A DNA stretch of 64,000 bases from Macrostomum lignano (GCA_002269645.1 NIVC01000021.1:1-64000); one strand, 5' to 3'; shown: positions 11,025 through 26,636, counted from the stretch's first letter. Program-made: numbers and translations. Notes: generated by a model not told the origin, from the sequence alone.

Positions 11025-11726
11025 AATAATATTGAGTTTTGTCTTACTATTAAGCTAGATACATGCTTATATCATAGCATTGAAATAAAAATATGGTCTA
11101 GAGGCTAGACCACGCCACGACCAGGACTACACTAGGCCTAGCCGCCTAGGGACTACAACCTATTATACTATAGACTGCAAGCCTATAATCTTATAGGTCT
11201 ATGATTCTAGTATGTACAAAAATTATACTAAGGCCTATAAATTTCATAAGCCTAATCTTAGTCGATTTTTAGGCTAGGCATAGCTAGTTACAGTACAGTA
11301 AGTCGAATTATAAAAATTGCCAAATGGGGCCTACTTCTAATTAGCAGCGTTTATTTAAATAATGATTGACTGGAGAGAACTTGATTTTGTTTTGTTCCAT
11401 AAATTGCTTGTTTTTAGAGTTATTTTAGTTAAGCTAGCAACATTCTATACCATTATAGACAGTACGAGATTAGTATTGTAAAAGATCATCGATAAACAAA
11501 GTCGCAGAAAAATTCACATACGGCAGTAAGTTAAATTTTATTTCAAAAATTAACAAAACTAACACCTAATTGTATTGTTTATTTGTACAAGAATACAGAA
11601 GTTAATTCGAAAATATTTTTTTGCTTATTATCATTCAAGGGAATGACACTATTTTCTTTGCAAAGGAGTCAACGACGTCTAGCAAAGTCTAGACTCTTCT
11701 GACAACAGTAGTCCAAAGACTACTTT

Positions 11727-12450
11727 AAGTAGAAGGACGGGAAACCTCGTTTCTTAGAAAATTTTAGAAGGCAGTATTCCCGAAATAATACACTACGGAG
11801 ATAGGAAGTTTTCATTTTTTAGAACAAAAATTGTCATTGCTTTTGATAAGGAGGCAGATCCAATGTTCATCTTTTGATATGTTGTACCTTTCTTTTTGCT
11901 CTATCGATATTCATAAAGCTTTTTCTTCAGAAAATTAGGATTCTATGTTAATTTTTTATTCTACGTACATTTCCTGTACTTTTAAAAATCATAAAAATGC
12001 AATGACACAGCTCGAATCTTTGGTTTTATGAATCTATATTTTATCATCTCTGTTACAAATATTTATATGTTACACAGTCAGCTAAGAATGATAAAATAGA
12101 CTCATAAAACCAAAGAGCCGATCTGTGCCATTTCAATGGTTTTTAGGCACACAATACACGTGCAAATGTACGTAGAATAAACAATTCACATCCATATACT
12201 AAAAACAATGAAAATCTTGTATGTGCGCATAGAATCCTAATTTTCTGAACGAAAAGCTCTATGAATATCGATAGAACAATAAGAAAGGCAAAACATATTT
12301 AAAAGATGAACACTGGATCTGCCTCCTATCAAAAGCAATTACAATTTTTGTGCTGAAAAAAATGAAAACTTCCTATCTCGTAGTGTATTTTTTCGGGAAA
12401 ACCTGCCTTCTAAAACTTTCTAAGAAACGAGGTTTCCCGTCCTTCTACTT
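11727..12450. mobile_element. ~720-bp fold-back element (imperfect palindrome along its whole length)
   Basis: AAGTAGAAGGACGGGAAACCTCGTTTCTTAGAAA pairs with TTTCTAAGAAACGAGGTTTCCCGTCCTTCTACTT. Inner arms also pair (TTCAGAAAATTAGGATTCTATG / CATAGAATCCTAATTTTCTGAA). Centre near 12070. Confidence 0.85.
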
Positions 12451-13290
12451 GAGTCGTCCTTGCAGTAGTCACAGAAACAGAAACAGAGAAAAATTAGCAG
12501 AAAACCGCAGCTTTTCGAAGCAAAGAATCCGAGGGCTGCCAAAAGTAGCCAAATATCACGGAAGGATTATTTGCACGTAACGTGCATGTAATTTTTGGCA
12601 AGTCATTTTTGAAATTCATGTTGGCACTTTATACAGGGCACATACATGTATAGCCAGCTGAATTTTACTCGAAAGCTACGATTGCACAAACAATAGCCGC
12701 CAAGGCGTCTTCAGAGGATTTTACTGCTTCAGGACCGCGCCGAGTCATGTAGACATAACCAAGCAATAACTGCACCGGAAAAATCAACGTCGATTGTTTG
12801 AACCGAATTGATTCTCGTTGATGGTTGACCTAACATCGCATGCAATCTCAACAGCTGTAGCCATCACATGGTTATTGGCCACTTTACGTGTGTATAGGCG
12901 CTTACAGTAACATTATAATTATTTGTAACCAAGTCTGCACTGCCGTGAGTCCCGCTATGAAAGATTAAAATAGCTTCAAAAGTTTTTATGATTAATTTAT
13001 TGCCTCTGCTTACTGTTGCGCTCATGGAGAACTAAAGTAGAAGAACGCTACATTCGATTTTCCTAGAAATCAGCTGGAGGCCTGCAAGGAGCGAATATTT
13101 GTCGCATATCGCTAGTGCACTTTGTATGCTCTCCAGAAATTGCATTTTTCGAGCGTGGATTTTTTCGTCCAAATTTGTGTATGGCCCACAATGAGGACTA
13201 CTTAAAAAAAAATATATATATTACTTCAGTCGTCCTTGATGGCGCACTCGTCCATGATCACCGCTATCTAGTACTCTAGAGCATACTCGC

Positions 13291-13392
13291 GCCAGCACCA
13301 AAGGGCGCCAGCACCAAAGTGCGCCAGCACCAAAGTGCGCCAGCACCAAAGGGCGCCAGCACCAAAGGGCGCCAGCACCAAAGGGCGCCAGC
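13291..13392. repeat. 15-bp tandem GGCGCCAGCACCAAA, about 7 copies
   Basis: Direct reading. Same family as 48428-48806. Confidence 0.9.
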
Positions 13393-13801
13393 TCTTGTTT
13401 TTTTAATTTAGTTTGGGAAGCTGCTAAATTTGAGACCAGGGGGCGCCAAACCTGCCGCGAGGGCGCGCTCTAATTTTTACCAGTCTAGTGGGAGGGCAAG
13501 CAGCGGCCTCCCTTGTGCCCCCCTGACGACTCTGAAACAATTTAAACAAATAAAATCTAACAAAAGCAAATTGTTAAATTGATGAAGTGTTGCAAATTTA
13601 CTCTGCATCTGCCCCGATTATGTTATATTCTCATAAGCGAACTTTTCACTCTTCAATGTAAGCCGATCATGTCAAGTAAAAATGAGAGACACGAAACTGT
13701 ACATGAAATAAAAGTAAAGCCTCCCTCCGATTCCAAATGAAGAGTCAATTTCAAGTAGAAAAGTGCGAGCGTTTCGGTAGAAGCAATACATGTAGATGGA
13801 A

Positions 13802-16800
13802 TTACAGGAATACTCCGTCGCTCGGATCCTCATCAGCGCTGTCATGGGTTTGGACTGCATGTACGTGTACCGCGTCGGGAGAAGAAGCGTTGGCGCGGTG
13901 ATGCAGCTGAACTGGTTCGTCGAATTCAAACCCAAAATTTGTCTGCGTCTGGGCGCACGTCTGCGACTGGGAAGGCGACTGCCTGGGCTCGATCGTCAAG
14001 TCTTTCGTCGAGGACAGGCGACGTCGGTTTTCCAGATAGGCCGAAATTGTCTCGAGAGCCTGGCGCCGGTGCAGCTTCTCCTTGCTCTCCCGACAGAACA
14101 TCCGCAGGCGGGAGACCGTGTACAGGTAGGGGTTCAAGGCCGAGTTGATTGGCAGCGCGAATATCACCAGGCCGGTGGTGGTCGTGCGGGAGATTTTGTA
14201 GCCGGACGACACCAACAAGAACAGCACGATGGTTGGCAGCCAGCAGATGAGATCCGTCAGCACCAGCAGGAATAAACGGCGAGCCATCAAGTGGTCGATG
14301 TCCATCGCTTTGCGCTTTGCCTTTCGGCGCGTGTTCTTGAGGTACAGAAACACGCGCAGGTAGCAGCCGGTCATGAAGGCAAAAGCGGCGCAGTTGTACA
14401 CGATGGCAACGAACTGCGGGACCCGCTGGAGCATGGGGATCTGGCTGTCTAGATAGAAGGGCGAGCAGGCCGCGTTCAGGTTATAGGGCATGTTCCTGCG
14501 CACTGTCTCCGATAGAAACAGCAGCGAGAAACTGCAAGTTGCGAGCCAGGTGCTGCCAACTATGATGGCCACTCTCTGCAGGGTCCAGCCGTGCTGCTTG
14601 AAGCGCTGCACAGTCAGCTTGTAGCGGTCGTACGACAGGAAGGCTAAAATGGTGACGGAGACCTCGCTGCTGATGGTGGCCAGGATGGCGCAGACGGTGC
14701 ACAGGCTGGAGGCGCGCCACTGGTCGTCGTGAGCGATGTAAATGTGGCGGTAGGAGGTGTCGGTGCCAGCTATGATCAACAGGTACACACCCATCAGCAG
14801 GTCTGCCAGACTGAGGTTTAAGATCAGAAAGTCCGTAGTCTTCTTCAGCAGCTTCTTCACCACTCGCCACGCGATGACGAACAGGTTACCAAATAAAGCC
14901 AGGCAGCCGAAGATCCAAACCATGACCTGCTGCGCCAGATCGCCAAGTAGATCGTCGCACGAGCTGAAGCCGTCAGCTGGCGGTGTGCAGTTCACGGCGA
15001 TGCCATCAGCCAGACAGCAGAATTTGAAGGAGTCGGTGTACAGATTGTCCAGCCGGCTCAGCTTTGCAAATGTCCCGATGGGAATGTAGACGTCCTGGCC
15101 GGTGCCAGACAAGTCCAGGGTGTTGAGCTGATGCGGCCCGCCGGTGAAAGCCATCTCATCGATGCTTTTTAGTGGGTTCCGGCTCAGATTCAGGTGGCGC
15201 GTGCTGTTGCTATCGAAGAGAAAATAGTTCGGCAGGCTGGCTATGCTCATATTCGAGAGGTCGAGGTCCACTACGAGTGGCAGGTGAGCGAAGCCGAAGC
15301 TCTCAATGGTTACTATCGGGTTACCTCGAATCAGCAGCGTGTTCAGATGTACCAGACCGGCCCAGACATGGCCTGGTATGATGCTGATTTCGTTGTTACT
15401 CAAATCAAGGTAGCGCAGATTGACCAGGTAAAAGAACAGGCCAACAGCAATCTCTTTAAGGCCGATACTGCGCATCTCAAGCAGGCCAAGCAGGGACAGG
15501 TGGTCAAAGTCACCAGGCTTCGCAGAGACCTGCGTGTTCCCACTCAAGTACAGCGCCCTGGTCAACGGCGAGACAGTCTGATTGATGTTGAAGTTCAGTG
15601 GACGCAGGCACTCCGTGATGTAGCCACGACAGTTGCAGGGCTGCCGGCATTCCATGTCGCAGAAGGCCTCGTCCTCGCCGTCTCGACAGTGAGCGATCCC
15701 GTCGCAGGAATTCTCCGCCGGCACGCTGATGTTGAACGAGCCAAGTACGCCGTGAGGGCTGTGACAGCGTAGGTGACCAGTGAGCTGTGATGGGGGTGGA
15801 TGTCAATTATGAGCTGTGATGGGGGTGGATGTCAATTATGAGCTGTGATGGAGGTGGATGTCAATTATAAGCTGTGATGGGGGTGGATGTCAATTATAAG
15901 CTGTGATGGGGGTGGATGTCAATTATAAGCTGTGATGGGGGTGGATGTCAATTATAAACTGTGATGGGGGTGGATGTCAATTATAAGCTGTGATGGGGGT
16001 GGATGTCAATTATGAGCTGTGATGGAGGTGGATGTCAATTATAAACTATCAAATTATCAGACAGTTTGCAAAACAGCAAATGCTCAGCACGCACCAGAGG
16101 AGGCTCAGAGCAGTCGATCTCATCGGCCCCATCGCTGCAGTCCTGCACGCCGTCGCACAGCCTGTAGACCGGGATGCAGTAGCCAGAGGGGCACTGGAAG
16201 AGACGCCGACAGCCAAAGCCCGCACGGTCGCCCACACAGCTGCGCAGGTGCTCCATGTTCGGGCAGACCTGCTTGCCAAACTGCCGCCGATCGAAGACGC
16301 ACGCGTCGCGCCTGGGAAAACACTTCACGTGGTTTAACATGCAGCGCTCCCATTGGCTGTCGGGGCAGTCCGGGAACTTCTGCGAGCCCGGATCGATGAC
16401 GTCCTCGCCTCGGGTGCAGTTGTTGGCGCGTAGGCACGTCATGGCCTCGTCTTCTAGCAGGCTGCCCGGACAATCGACCTGCGTGTCGTTCACCAGGCCG
16501 TTCGGGATGCACGACCGCTGAGGCACTGGAAACCGTTGCAGGTTTCGCAGTTCTGCTCGTCGGTGAGGTCCTGGCACGAGCTGATGCCGTTGCAGCTGAA
16601 TTCATTTGAAATGGGGTTGGTTTCAGACATTTTACATCACAAAGTACCTCTGAGTGGCTGAATTAGCCATGCCCTGAGGTTTGCAACTATACATACTTGA
16701 AAGTAGAAATTCAGAATTTTGCTGATAAACTCAATGACCTGTTTTTTCGCACTTAATTTGAAGAAATATTATCTCGGTCGATAGACCATGATTACAGGTA

Positions 16801-19800
16801 AATATATATCGCTGTAAACTGCTAGGGAGACAAGACAGATGAATTATTCATTCCCTTCTTGGCCAAACACAAGAAAAAAATCCTGAGGTCCAAAATAAGG
16901 TTTTAGTATTTACCGCTGCTCATTGGGAATGCACTCCTTGGTTCTCTCGCATTGGAATTCGTTCGCTTTGCACGGGCTGAACTGGCAGTCGGCCTCGTCC
17001 AAGCCTGTGCTGCAGTCGACCTTGTGGTCGCACAGCCGAGACCAGCTGATCCGCTGCAAATGAGTGCCGCCGCTGTTGCACTCGAAGAATCGATCGACAA
17101 CTTCCGAGCTGCAGTCCATTTCGTCCTCGCCACCTTCGAAAGAAACGAATTTGTAAGAGAGAATTTTTGAAGCCGGCTCAACCAAAGCAGGCATCTTCAG
17201 ACTCTACTTCTCTCACTTTTCTTTAAGTATGCTTACAGTGCAACAGTAAAGAAGGCGTGCTATTGCCATAAAGTTCAGAGATCCACCTTTCACTGCGATG
17301 ATTAGTGAAAATCTACTACAAGGGACGAACCAACAAACTCACAAACTATTGATAATTTAACTGATGTCCGCTATGCTAAAAATGATTCGTCTGCTGCTAA
17401 AGAAGCACTGAATGCTCTGGTTTTCATGTCTTTTCGTTTTTTGACGCTTCATGCACTCACTGGGACAGTCCTTCTTTCCATCACACTGTCCGTCGCTGCT
17501 GATGCAGGTCCCATCGAGACAGGCGAATTGGTTGCTACGACAACCGACCTGCTCGGCCACCGGGCTACGCTCGCAGAGCACGGACCGAGTTGGCAGCCTT
17601 CCGATCTCACCGCCAGTGCGTCTGTTTTCATGAAATGTGGGCGCTTCGACATCATCATGAATCCAGCTGAACCCCACCGGATTGAAAGCGTTCGCTAGAT
17701 CATCGTCGCTGCCAGCTCTGCTGTAATCGGAAAAGGGATTCCTGTCCGATGAGAACACGAATATGCGGCCTCTCTGCACCGAGTAGCGCCAGACTCGCAG
17801 CATTTGATTGAAAGGCTTCTGCTTGCTGACCTCCTTCGGCATTGTGGCAATCTGGCTGCCCAGCCTCTCGCACATGAGCCTGGCCGCATCCAAGGTCAGG
17901 TTCGGTTCCACGGCACTACTGTTGAGAGTCAACAGCATGTAGCACTGGCGCTTGTGCTCGATCCAGTTGTCTGCGCAGGTGGGAGCCTCCGCCCGGATCT
18001 TCTCCAGCTGCTGGTTGAAATGGCGCTCCAATTCTACCTTGTGATTTTCGTCTCGAGACCGTTCGCAGATGTGGCTCTGGCCTTTGATCTCGATGTTGCA
18101 GGGCACCTTGATCCAGTTGGAGTGGTGCCGCGGGTTGTGCAGCATCATGCCCACGCACGGGTAATTGGGATCGTTGCTCGGCTGTGGGAATTCCTCATTG
18201 ATGAAGGCTTGAACGTTGGGCGAAGAGCGCGAGTAGACCGTCTCATAGTGCGAGGGGAACCACTCGTGAAAGACGAAGGGCTCGCCGTTGCTCCACTCAA
18301 AGTTCTGGAAATTTGTACATGTAGCTCGTAAATAAGGTGTAGTTTTAAGCAGAATTTAGCAGAAAAGGTCCGTGTAGCACCTAAGTCAGGGGCTACTTAA
18401 ATTTAACTATTGAATTAGAAACTAATTTTAAGTATTATTGAAGAACAGCTGACTGGCTGATGCTTCGATTATTGTAACGTCTTCCTCGCAATTATAAACA
18501 TTTTGCAAGGCAGCAAAGCATTGCAGTATCGCATTAACAGGGTCCAACAGCTATAGAGCCTACAGAAACTTTCAAGTCTTATAGAGCAACCACTTACATT
18601 GCTGAGGTAGAAATAGTCCATGTTGAAGCTCTCGTCCTCTTGAGGAATTCGAACTGTCGGTCGGAACTCCGTTCGCACCTCCGGCCGAGCCCGCAGCCCG
18701 ATGTAGATGAACACGTCCGGGTGGGCGAACGCCTCCGAGTGCCATTCGTAGAGCAGCATCTGTTTGATGGCGTTCATCTCATCCTGGCTCTGGATGCTGA
18801 CCAGGTGCCCGCCAAGCCTTGAGCACTCCATTGAGGCTTCATCCCAGGAGACCGGAGCGCTTGGACGCTTGTACGCGTAGCAGGAGTTGTTGAAGCTAAT
18901 CCATCCTGGCTCGGAGCAGGGCTCGAACTTCATGCGACTGGCGTCCTGCTTCAGCTTGAAAGATATGGAGAAGCCCTGGTAGGAGCTGGACGTTTGGGAT
19001 ATCTTACTGGCCTGGAAATGCGGGAGGTGAATGAATGATCTTACCACTTGTACTTTAATCTCCAAAGACCAACCTCTCAATAGTTCGGCTAAATGCAATA
19101 GGCCTTTGCCCTATCTGGAAACAAAAACTATGTGCAAATACTTTACCTGTAAACTTACCAGAAACATCAACAGCAGTCTTCGACTTGATATAGTGGAGAA
19201 CTTCTCCCCTTTCTTGTAGCCACAGAGAGTTGTCTCCTTGCTGAATGAGCCGTTGATGGACTCGGACATGAGGAGCTTGCTGTTCAGGCACACGTCGAGG
19301 GTGAACACGTCCAGCGAAAACTCGTAGTAGTGGCTGAGGCTTTCCGACTCGTTCCGACTTCGCAGCGGGTCGAAGATCCATACCAGGGGCTCCTCGTAGT
19401 TCTGGTACGCGAAAGGGTAATTCGGGGTCTCCAAGAAACCGCATTCATTTTGAACAATCTGCTCGCTATCTGAATTGACATTTTTAATTTCGTTGTGCGG
19501 CACGCGAGTTCGACACTTTTGCTCCAGGTGGATAGACCAGTGATCAGGCGAGAACGGACAGGTGGAGGTGTAGCTGACAGTCACCAAGTAGGATCCATTT
19601 ATCTGCTGACGAACGAAATTTAAGGTCGAGGAGCAGTTGGTCTTGTCGAACATCGATAAGGGACCTGGAAGGCTCTGGGTTTCGTTGAGCAACATGAGCG
19701 CCGTCAAGAATCGGTTTGTGAATAACGAAAATACGAGATACGGCTCGGGTGTAACGAAGGTCACAGAGTGATTGGACACACTTTCAATGCACTTTTTCAC

Positions 19801-22217
19801 GGGCGATTGCAGCATGACGCAGTCGGCGTTAATAATTTCCTGTTTCTGGTTCCAGAAGTTCACGTGGTCGCATTTGTACCGGTTTATATTAAAGCTGAGG
19901 ACGACACCGTCAGGGACCACCTGCTCCTGCCCTCTCAGGTCCTCAAAATAATAAATCCACGTTTCCATCGACTTGTTCCGAGCCATAACCACTATTGGGG
20001 GGCTGGGCGCGCAGTAGGGGCCTTCTGTCTCTTCATTACCGTCTGCGTCCGTCAGGATGATGATGAAGCCGCTCATGCGACAGCTCGGATCAGGCGGGTC
20101 GGTGTACAAACCGAATCGAGTAAAGTTAAAGTACACATCGGACTTCCATTCAGCGGATTTGATGTAGAGCGGCACGGTTAGCTGCACAGATCTCTGTCTG
20201 GGTTGAATTGCGTGCATTTTTTCCTGTAAAGATTTGAACGAGTAGAAGAAGCTGAAGTTTTTATAGGTAGCGATTTGTGAGTCGGCAATCATTGGACTGT
20301 CGCCAACTTCGCTGGAATCGTTGCCCATGCGGTCTCGCATTCTGCTGGCCTGGACAGTCAAAACTAGCGGGTCCAGCACTCGAGAGTAGAGCGAGAATAC
20401 AAACACCATCATCTGAGGCGACAGCCTGTCAAATTCTACCGGGTCAAGGCAGGTCAAGCCGGTCGTGTTCGGCTCGTTCATGAAGTTGTGCTCCAGAAGG
20501 TCCCTTGGTGTAGGAGACGCCATCAGCCGGTCCGAGTAGGCCAAGATCAGGTTTCTGTAGCACTCGGATTGGTTGCGCGAGGTTGCGTTGACGAAAGACA
20601 GCGTAGCGTTGATTTTTCTGGCGTAGGCGGTCTCGAACTTGAAGATGTAGGTGCTGTGGTTGTAAAAGGCGCTGTCAATCTCCGTGACGTAGTTCGGCGC
20701 CACTTGGCTGAGATCGATAGTCACGGGCTTGTCATCTTCCAGAGTGAACTCGTCAATGCGCTTGCGGTACTCCCACTCTTCCCTCTTCAAGTCGGTGTAC
20801 CGGATTCTGAACCGGCTGGTGGACTTGCTGTCAGTTCTGAAGGCGATTGAGGCCGAATCGGAGTTAATGTGGTAGTAGAACGGCGTTCGATAGCCGCAGC
20901 CATAATCGTTGAAAGTTTCGTTGCCAATGGCATGAATGATCTCTAGCCGGTCGTACACACAGCTTGCGCCTGAGTAGTCCAACCGGAACGATTCGAAGTC
21001 AAGCAGCAACATCCTTCGTGGCGAGCTCGAAGTTATGTTTACATAGCATAGGCTCACGCGGTCCGCATTGGGCCTGTCGATTGAGACGATGCTATCCGTT
21101 GTGGCCTCGAGGTTCTGCTCTCCGCTGATGCAGTGCACGGGCAGGTACTGCGACAAAGTCACCTTGAAGCCCGTTTTCTCAATTTGACTGTCCGATCGAA
21201 AGATTAACCGGATGTCCGAGCCAAGGTTCTTCCAGACGGTGTCTTGTCGGCCGTCGCTCAGGGTGCAGACGCTGCCGCAGCATTCGACGCTGGAGTTGAA
21301 AGCGGCCTCTTCAAACACCAGACTGTCCCGAACGCAAGACTGGTCGTCCGGCTTTTCAATGTGCAGGTGGCTGAACTTGATTTGGAACAGGGCGCCGGGC
21401 TCAGTGGCGCGGATGAGCACGGAGCAGTTGACATTCGGTGGATAGAGATTGCTATCGTTGCTTATCCTCGGTGAGTATATTGTGATGAGAGAGCTCTGTA
21501 CCACAGGTACGTCGTTATGAAGATCGCAGATGCCGTACCTATGGTGGGGTATTTTTAATCCTATTGTCTAGTTAAATGTGATGGAGAGTTGAGAGTCACT
21601 GTGTTGGAGAGTTGGGAGTCACTGTCTTGGAGAGTCTGGAGTCACTGTCTTGGAGAGTCTGGAGTCACTGTCTTGAAGAGTTGGCAGTCACTGTCTTGGA
21701 GAGTTGGGAGTCACTGTCTTGGAGAGTCTGGAGTCACTGTCTTGGAGAGTCTGGAGTCACTGTCTTGGAGAGTTGGCAGACACTGTCTTGGAGAGTTGGG
21801 AGTCACTGTCTTGGAGAGTTGGGAGTCACTGTCTTGGAGAGTTGGGAGTCACTGTCTTGGAGAGTTGGGAGTCACTGTCTTGGAGAGGTGGGAGTCACTG
21901 TCTTGGAGAGGTGGGAGTCACTGTCTTGGAGAGTTGGGAGTCACTGTCTTGGAGAGGTGGGAGTCACTGTCTTGGAGAGGTGGGAGTCACTGTCTTGGAG
22001 AGTTGGCAGTCACTGTCTTGGAGAGGTGGGAACCACAATCGGTAGCCAAGCTCCAATTTTAGGAGCTAGGGTGGGAAACTCACCCTGATTCAGTAAATTT
22101 CGGATTGTACGCCGATTCCAGCAGCTGATTTGGCTCAAGACCATCGTGACCGTGGCTGTGCGGCTGCGGCAGCTGCACGCACACCAAGGCGAATAGCAGC
22201 AGTCCGACTCGCTCCAT
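13802..22217 (-). CDS. Giant GRL101-like leucine-rich-repeat GPCR (~2,130 aa): signal peptide, CUB x3-5, C-type lectin x2, LDLa x~6, LRRs, 7TM. Exons 22217-22084, 21538-19159, 19011-18679, 18304-17461, 17133-16914, 16595-16095, 15784-13802; apparent 1-nt deletion near 16513
   Basis: All six introns are GT-AG with matching phases (2,0,0,1,2,0). CUB motifs YPPNVNC/FRSD..GF; CTL WISFNNSCY...FEWSNG; LDLa CLDGTCISSDGQCDGKKDC; LRR LRYLDLSNNEI; RXFP/LGR-type 7TM (CLALFGNLFVI, LSLADLLMGVYL, DRY, CWLP, PINSALNPYLY). Confidence 0.9.
15782..16045. repeat. 29-bp minisatellite (GAGCTGTGATGGGGGTGGATGTCAATTAT), about 9 copies, filling GPCR intron 6
   Basis: Period 15782/15811. On the minus strand each unit contains CATCCACCCCCATCACAG, the acceptor sequence. 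Confidence 0.95.
21583..22030. repeat. 23-bp minisatellite GAGTCACTGTCTTGGAGAGTTGG filling GPCR intron 1
   Basis: Period 21781/21804. Confidence 0.95.
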
Positions 22218-22710
22218 GAATTGCCTTCGCATCGGGCCGTTGGCGTCGGCAGACCGCTGGGCTGGCAATCAAGTTTAGTGCTGTCGACTGTTTCGGCTGG
22301 GCAACTGAGTAAAAATACGCCAAAACTGTAGTGAGGAATTGCAGCTCCCTGGCCTGCTTGGAGAGTCCCTGCAGTTTCTACTGGAAAGAGAGACAGCGGC
22401 AGGGAGACGGGGGAAGGGAGACGCAGAGGTGGGACGGCAGCTCGCGAGAAGCAGCTGGCGGCCTCCCAGAGCTTATCGCAGCCACCAGCAGTGCGAATCG
22501 AATGCGCAGTCCGATGAATTTAATGACTCGGTGGCCCCGCTTATCGCACTGCAGTGCGGCTACGGGTTTCGAGTCCGCCTGCCGAGTTTACTGGTTGCGA
22601 GGCCCAGGGGCCCCCTGGATCTAAACTGTGGCTTTGTTGTTAATTTAATGGCTTTTCACCTCTCCATTCTGTCCATGACGCACAGGCGTCTACGACAACT
22701 GACTGTCGCC

Positions 22711-22962
22711 AACCCCAACCCTAGCCTAAACCCTAACCTAAACCCTAGCCTAAACCCTAACCTAAACCCTAACCTACACCCTAGCCTAAACCCTAACCTA
22801 AACCTTAACCTACACCCTAACCTAAGCACAAGCCTAAACCCTAACCTAAACACTAACCTAAACCCTAAACAAAAACCCTAACCGAAACCATAAACTAAAC
22901 CTAAACTAAACTCTAAACTAAGCCTAAACTAAACCCTAAACTAAGTCCCAACCTAAATCCAA
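22711..22962. repeat. Degenerate telomere-like (CCTAAA/CCCTAA)n tract
   Basis: A 12-bp CCTAAACCCTAA period that decays rightward. Confidence 0.8.
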
Positions 22963-23266
22963 ACCTTTGAATTGTCGGGCGTCAAATAGCTAGCAATCAA
23001 TTCGCTGACAGTTTTTGACGACATTCAAACGTCCTAAATGTTACAAAAATGTAATTTTATGTACAAATCATACTACTGCGATAACAGTAGTATAAATCAG
23101 CAAGAGATCAGATAGTGAGCAAAAATAGGATTTTACATGCTTTTGAAGAAATCGGTCTTATTATTTACCATATTTTTATTTCTATTAAAGTCCAACAACG
23201 TTTTGACAGCAATTTCGATTCAAAATAGAAAAAGAAGAACAAGTCGGTCGAGTGCCAGAATAAGCA

Positions 23267-25494
<2,228 letters not shown>

Positions 25495-25910
25495 CAAACT
25501 GGATGTCGGTGGCGGCACGTGGGACATACAGCCGAATTTCTCAGTCAAACAAAAATAAGAGGAACAATGAAATTGAGCTGCACAAAGTTGCCTCTGTGAT
25601 TTCCCGTGTAAATTCTTTCACTGACTGAACTCTGCAGAGTTGGGGAAAGCTGAGACACAATAAGAACGGAGTGGAAGATCGGTGGAAATATCCCCTCAGA
25701 TCCCCACTGGGATTGTACGCGCCTGGGCAGGGTTGCTCAGAGTTTGCCCCACGTGTCTGAGGGGAAGGCAGGCGGGCAACAGATGGCGCAGGGCTCAGGG
25801 TCCGGCAGGGCAGCGTGGGCTTCGTGACGTGGCAGAGAGCGTTGGTCAGCTCGCTTGATCCGGGCTGTCCGTCTGGCGCTGCGCTTAACCACCGTTCAGT
25901 GTGTGAGGAT

Positions 25911-26469
25911 ACAGCAGGAACACAGCAGGAATACAGCAGGAATACAGCAGGAACACAGCAGGAATACAGCAGGAATACAGCAGGAATACAGCGGGAACAC
26001 AGCAGGAATACAGCAGGATTACAGCGGGAACACAGCAGGAATACAGCAGGAATACAGCAGGAATACAGCAGGAATACAGCAGGAATACAGCAGGAATACA
26101 GCAGGAATACAGCAGGAAAACAGCAGGAATACAGCAGGAATACAGCAGGAACACAGCAGGAATACAGCAGGAATACAGCAGGAATACAGCAGGAGTACAG
26201 CAGGAATACAGCAGGAATACAGCAGGAATACAGCAGGATTACAGCAGGAATACAGCAGGAACACAGCAGGAATACAGCAGGAATACAGCAGGAATACAGC
26301 AGGAGTACAGCAGGAATACAGCAGGAATACAGCAGGAATACAGCAGGATTACAGCAGGAATACAGCAGGAACACAGCAGAAATACAGCAGGAATACAGCA
26401 GGAATACAGCAGGAGTACAGCAGGAATACAGCAGGAATACAGCAGGAATACAGCAGGATTACAGCAGGA
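25911..26469. repeat. 11-bp tandem CAGCAGGAATA, about 50 copies
   Basis: Direct reading. Confidence 0.97.
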
Positions 26470-26636
26470 ATGAAGTCAGCTCTAGTCGGGAGCAATCACC
26501 AGCCACTTGGTTGATGTATTTTGTTTCTCGTTTTATATATTTATAAATTGGAATTACAAAAGCATTGGGTACAAAGATTCGCGCAGAAATTTAAGTACAA
26601 AGACGCAGGTAAAATAGTGATTAGTCAGTCCTCTGC

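Larger units (their letters stand above)
8797..11030. mobile_element. Penelope-like element B with inverted 5' part (8797-9750 minus; 9751-11030 plus), interrupted by a TIR transposon
   Basis: Minus part encodes the RT C-half through the GIY-YIG start. Plus part resumes at KRHLLTRAKEHR|QRNSPIHEHLLQC...ILEALHIKLHKPTLNVQ, then a (CT)n tract and a hammerhead. Confidence 0.9.

Noticed and set aside
22711-22962. True telomere or chromosome-fusion site
   Set aside because: Short, degenerate, single orientation, and flanked by genes on both sides.
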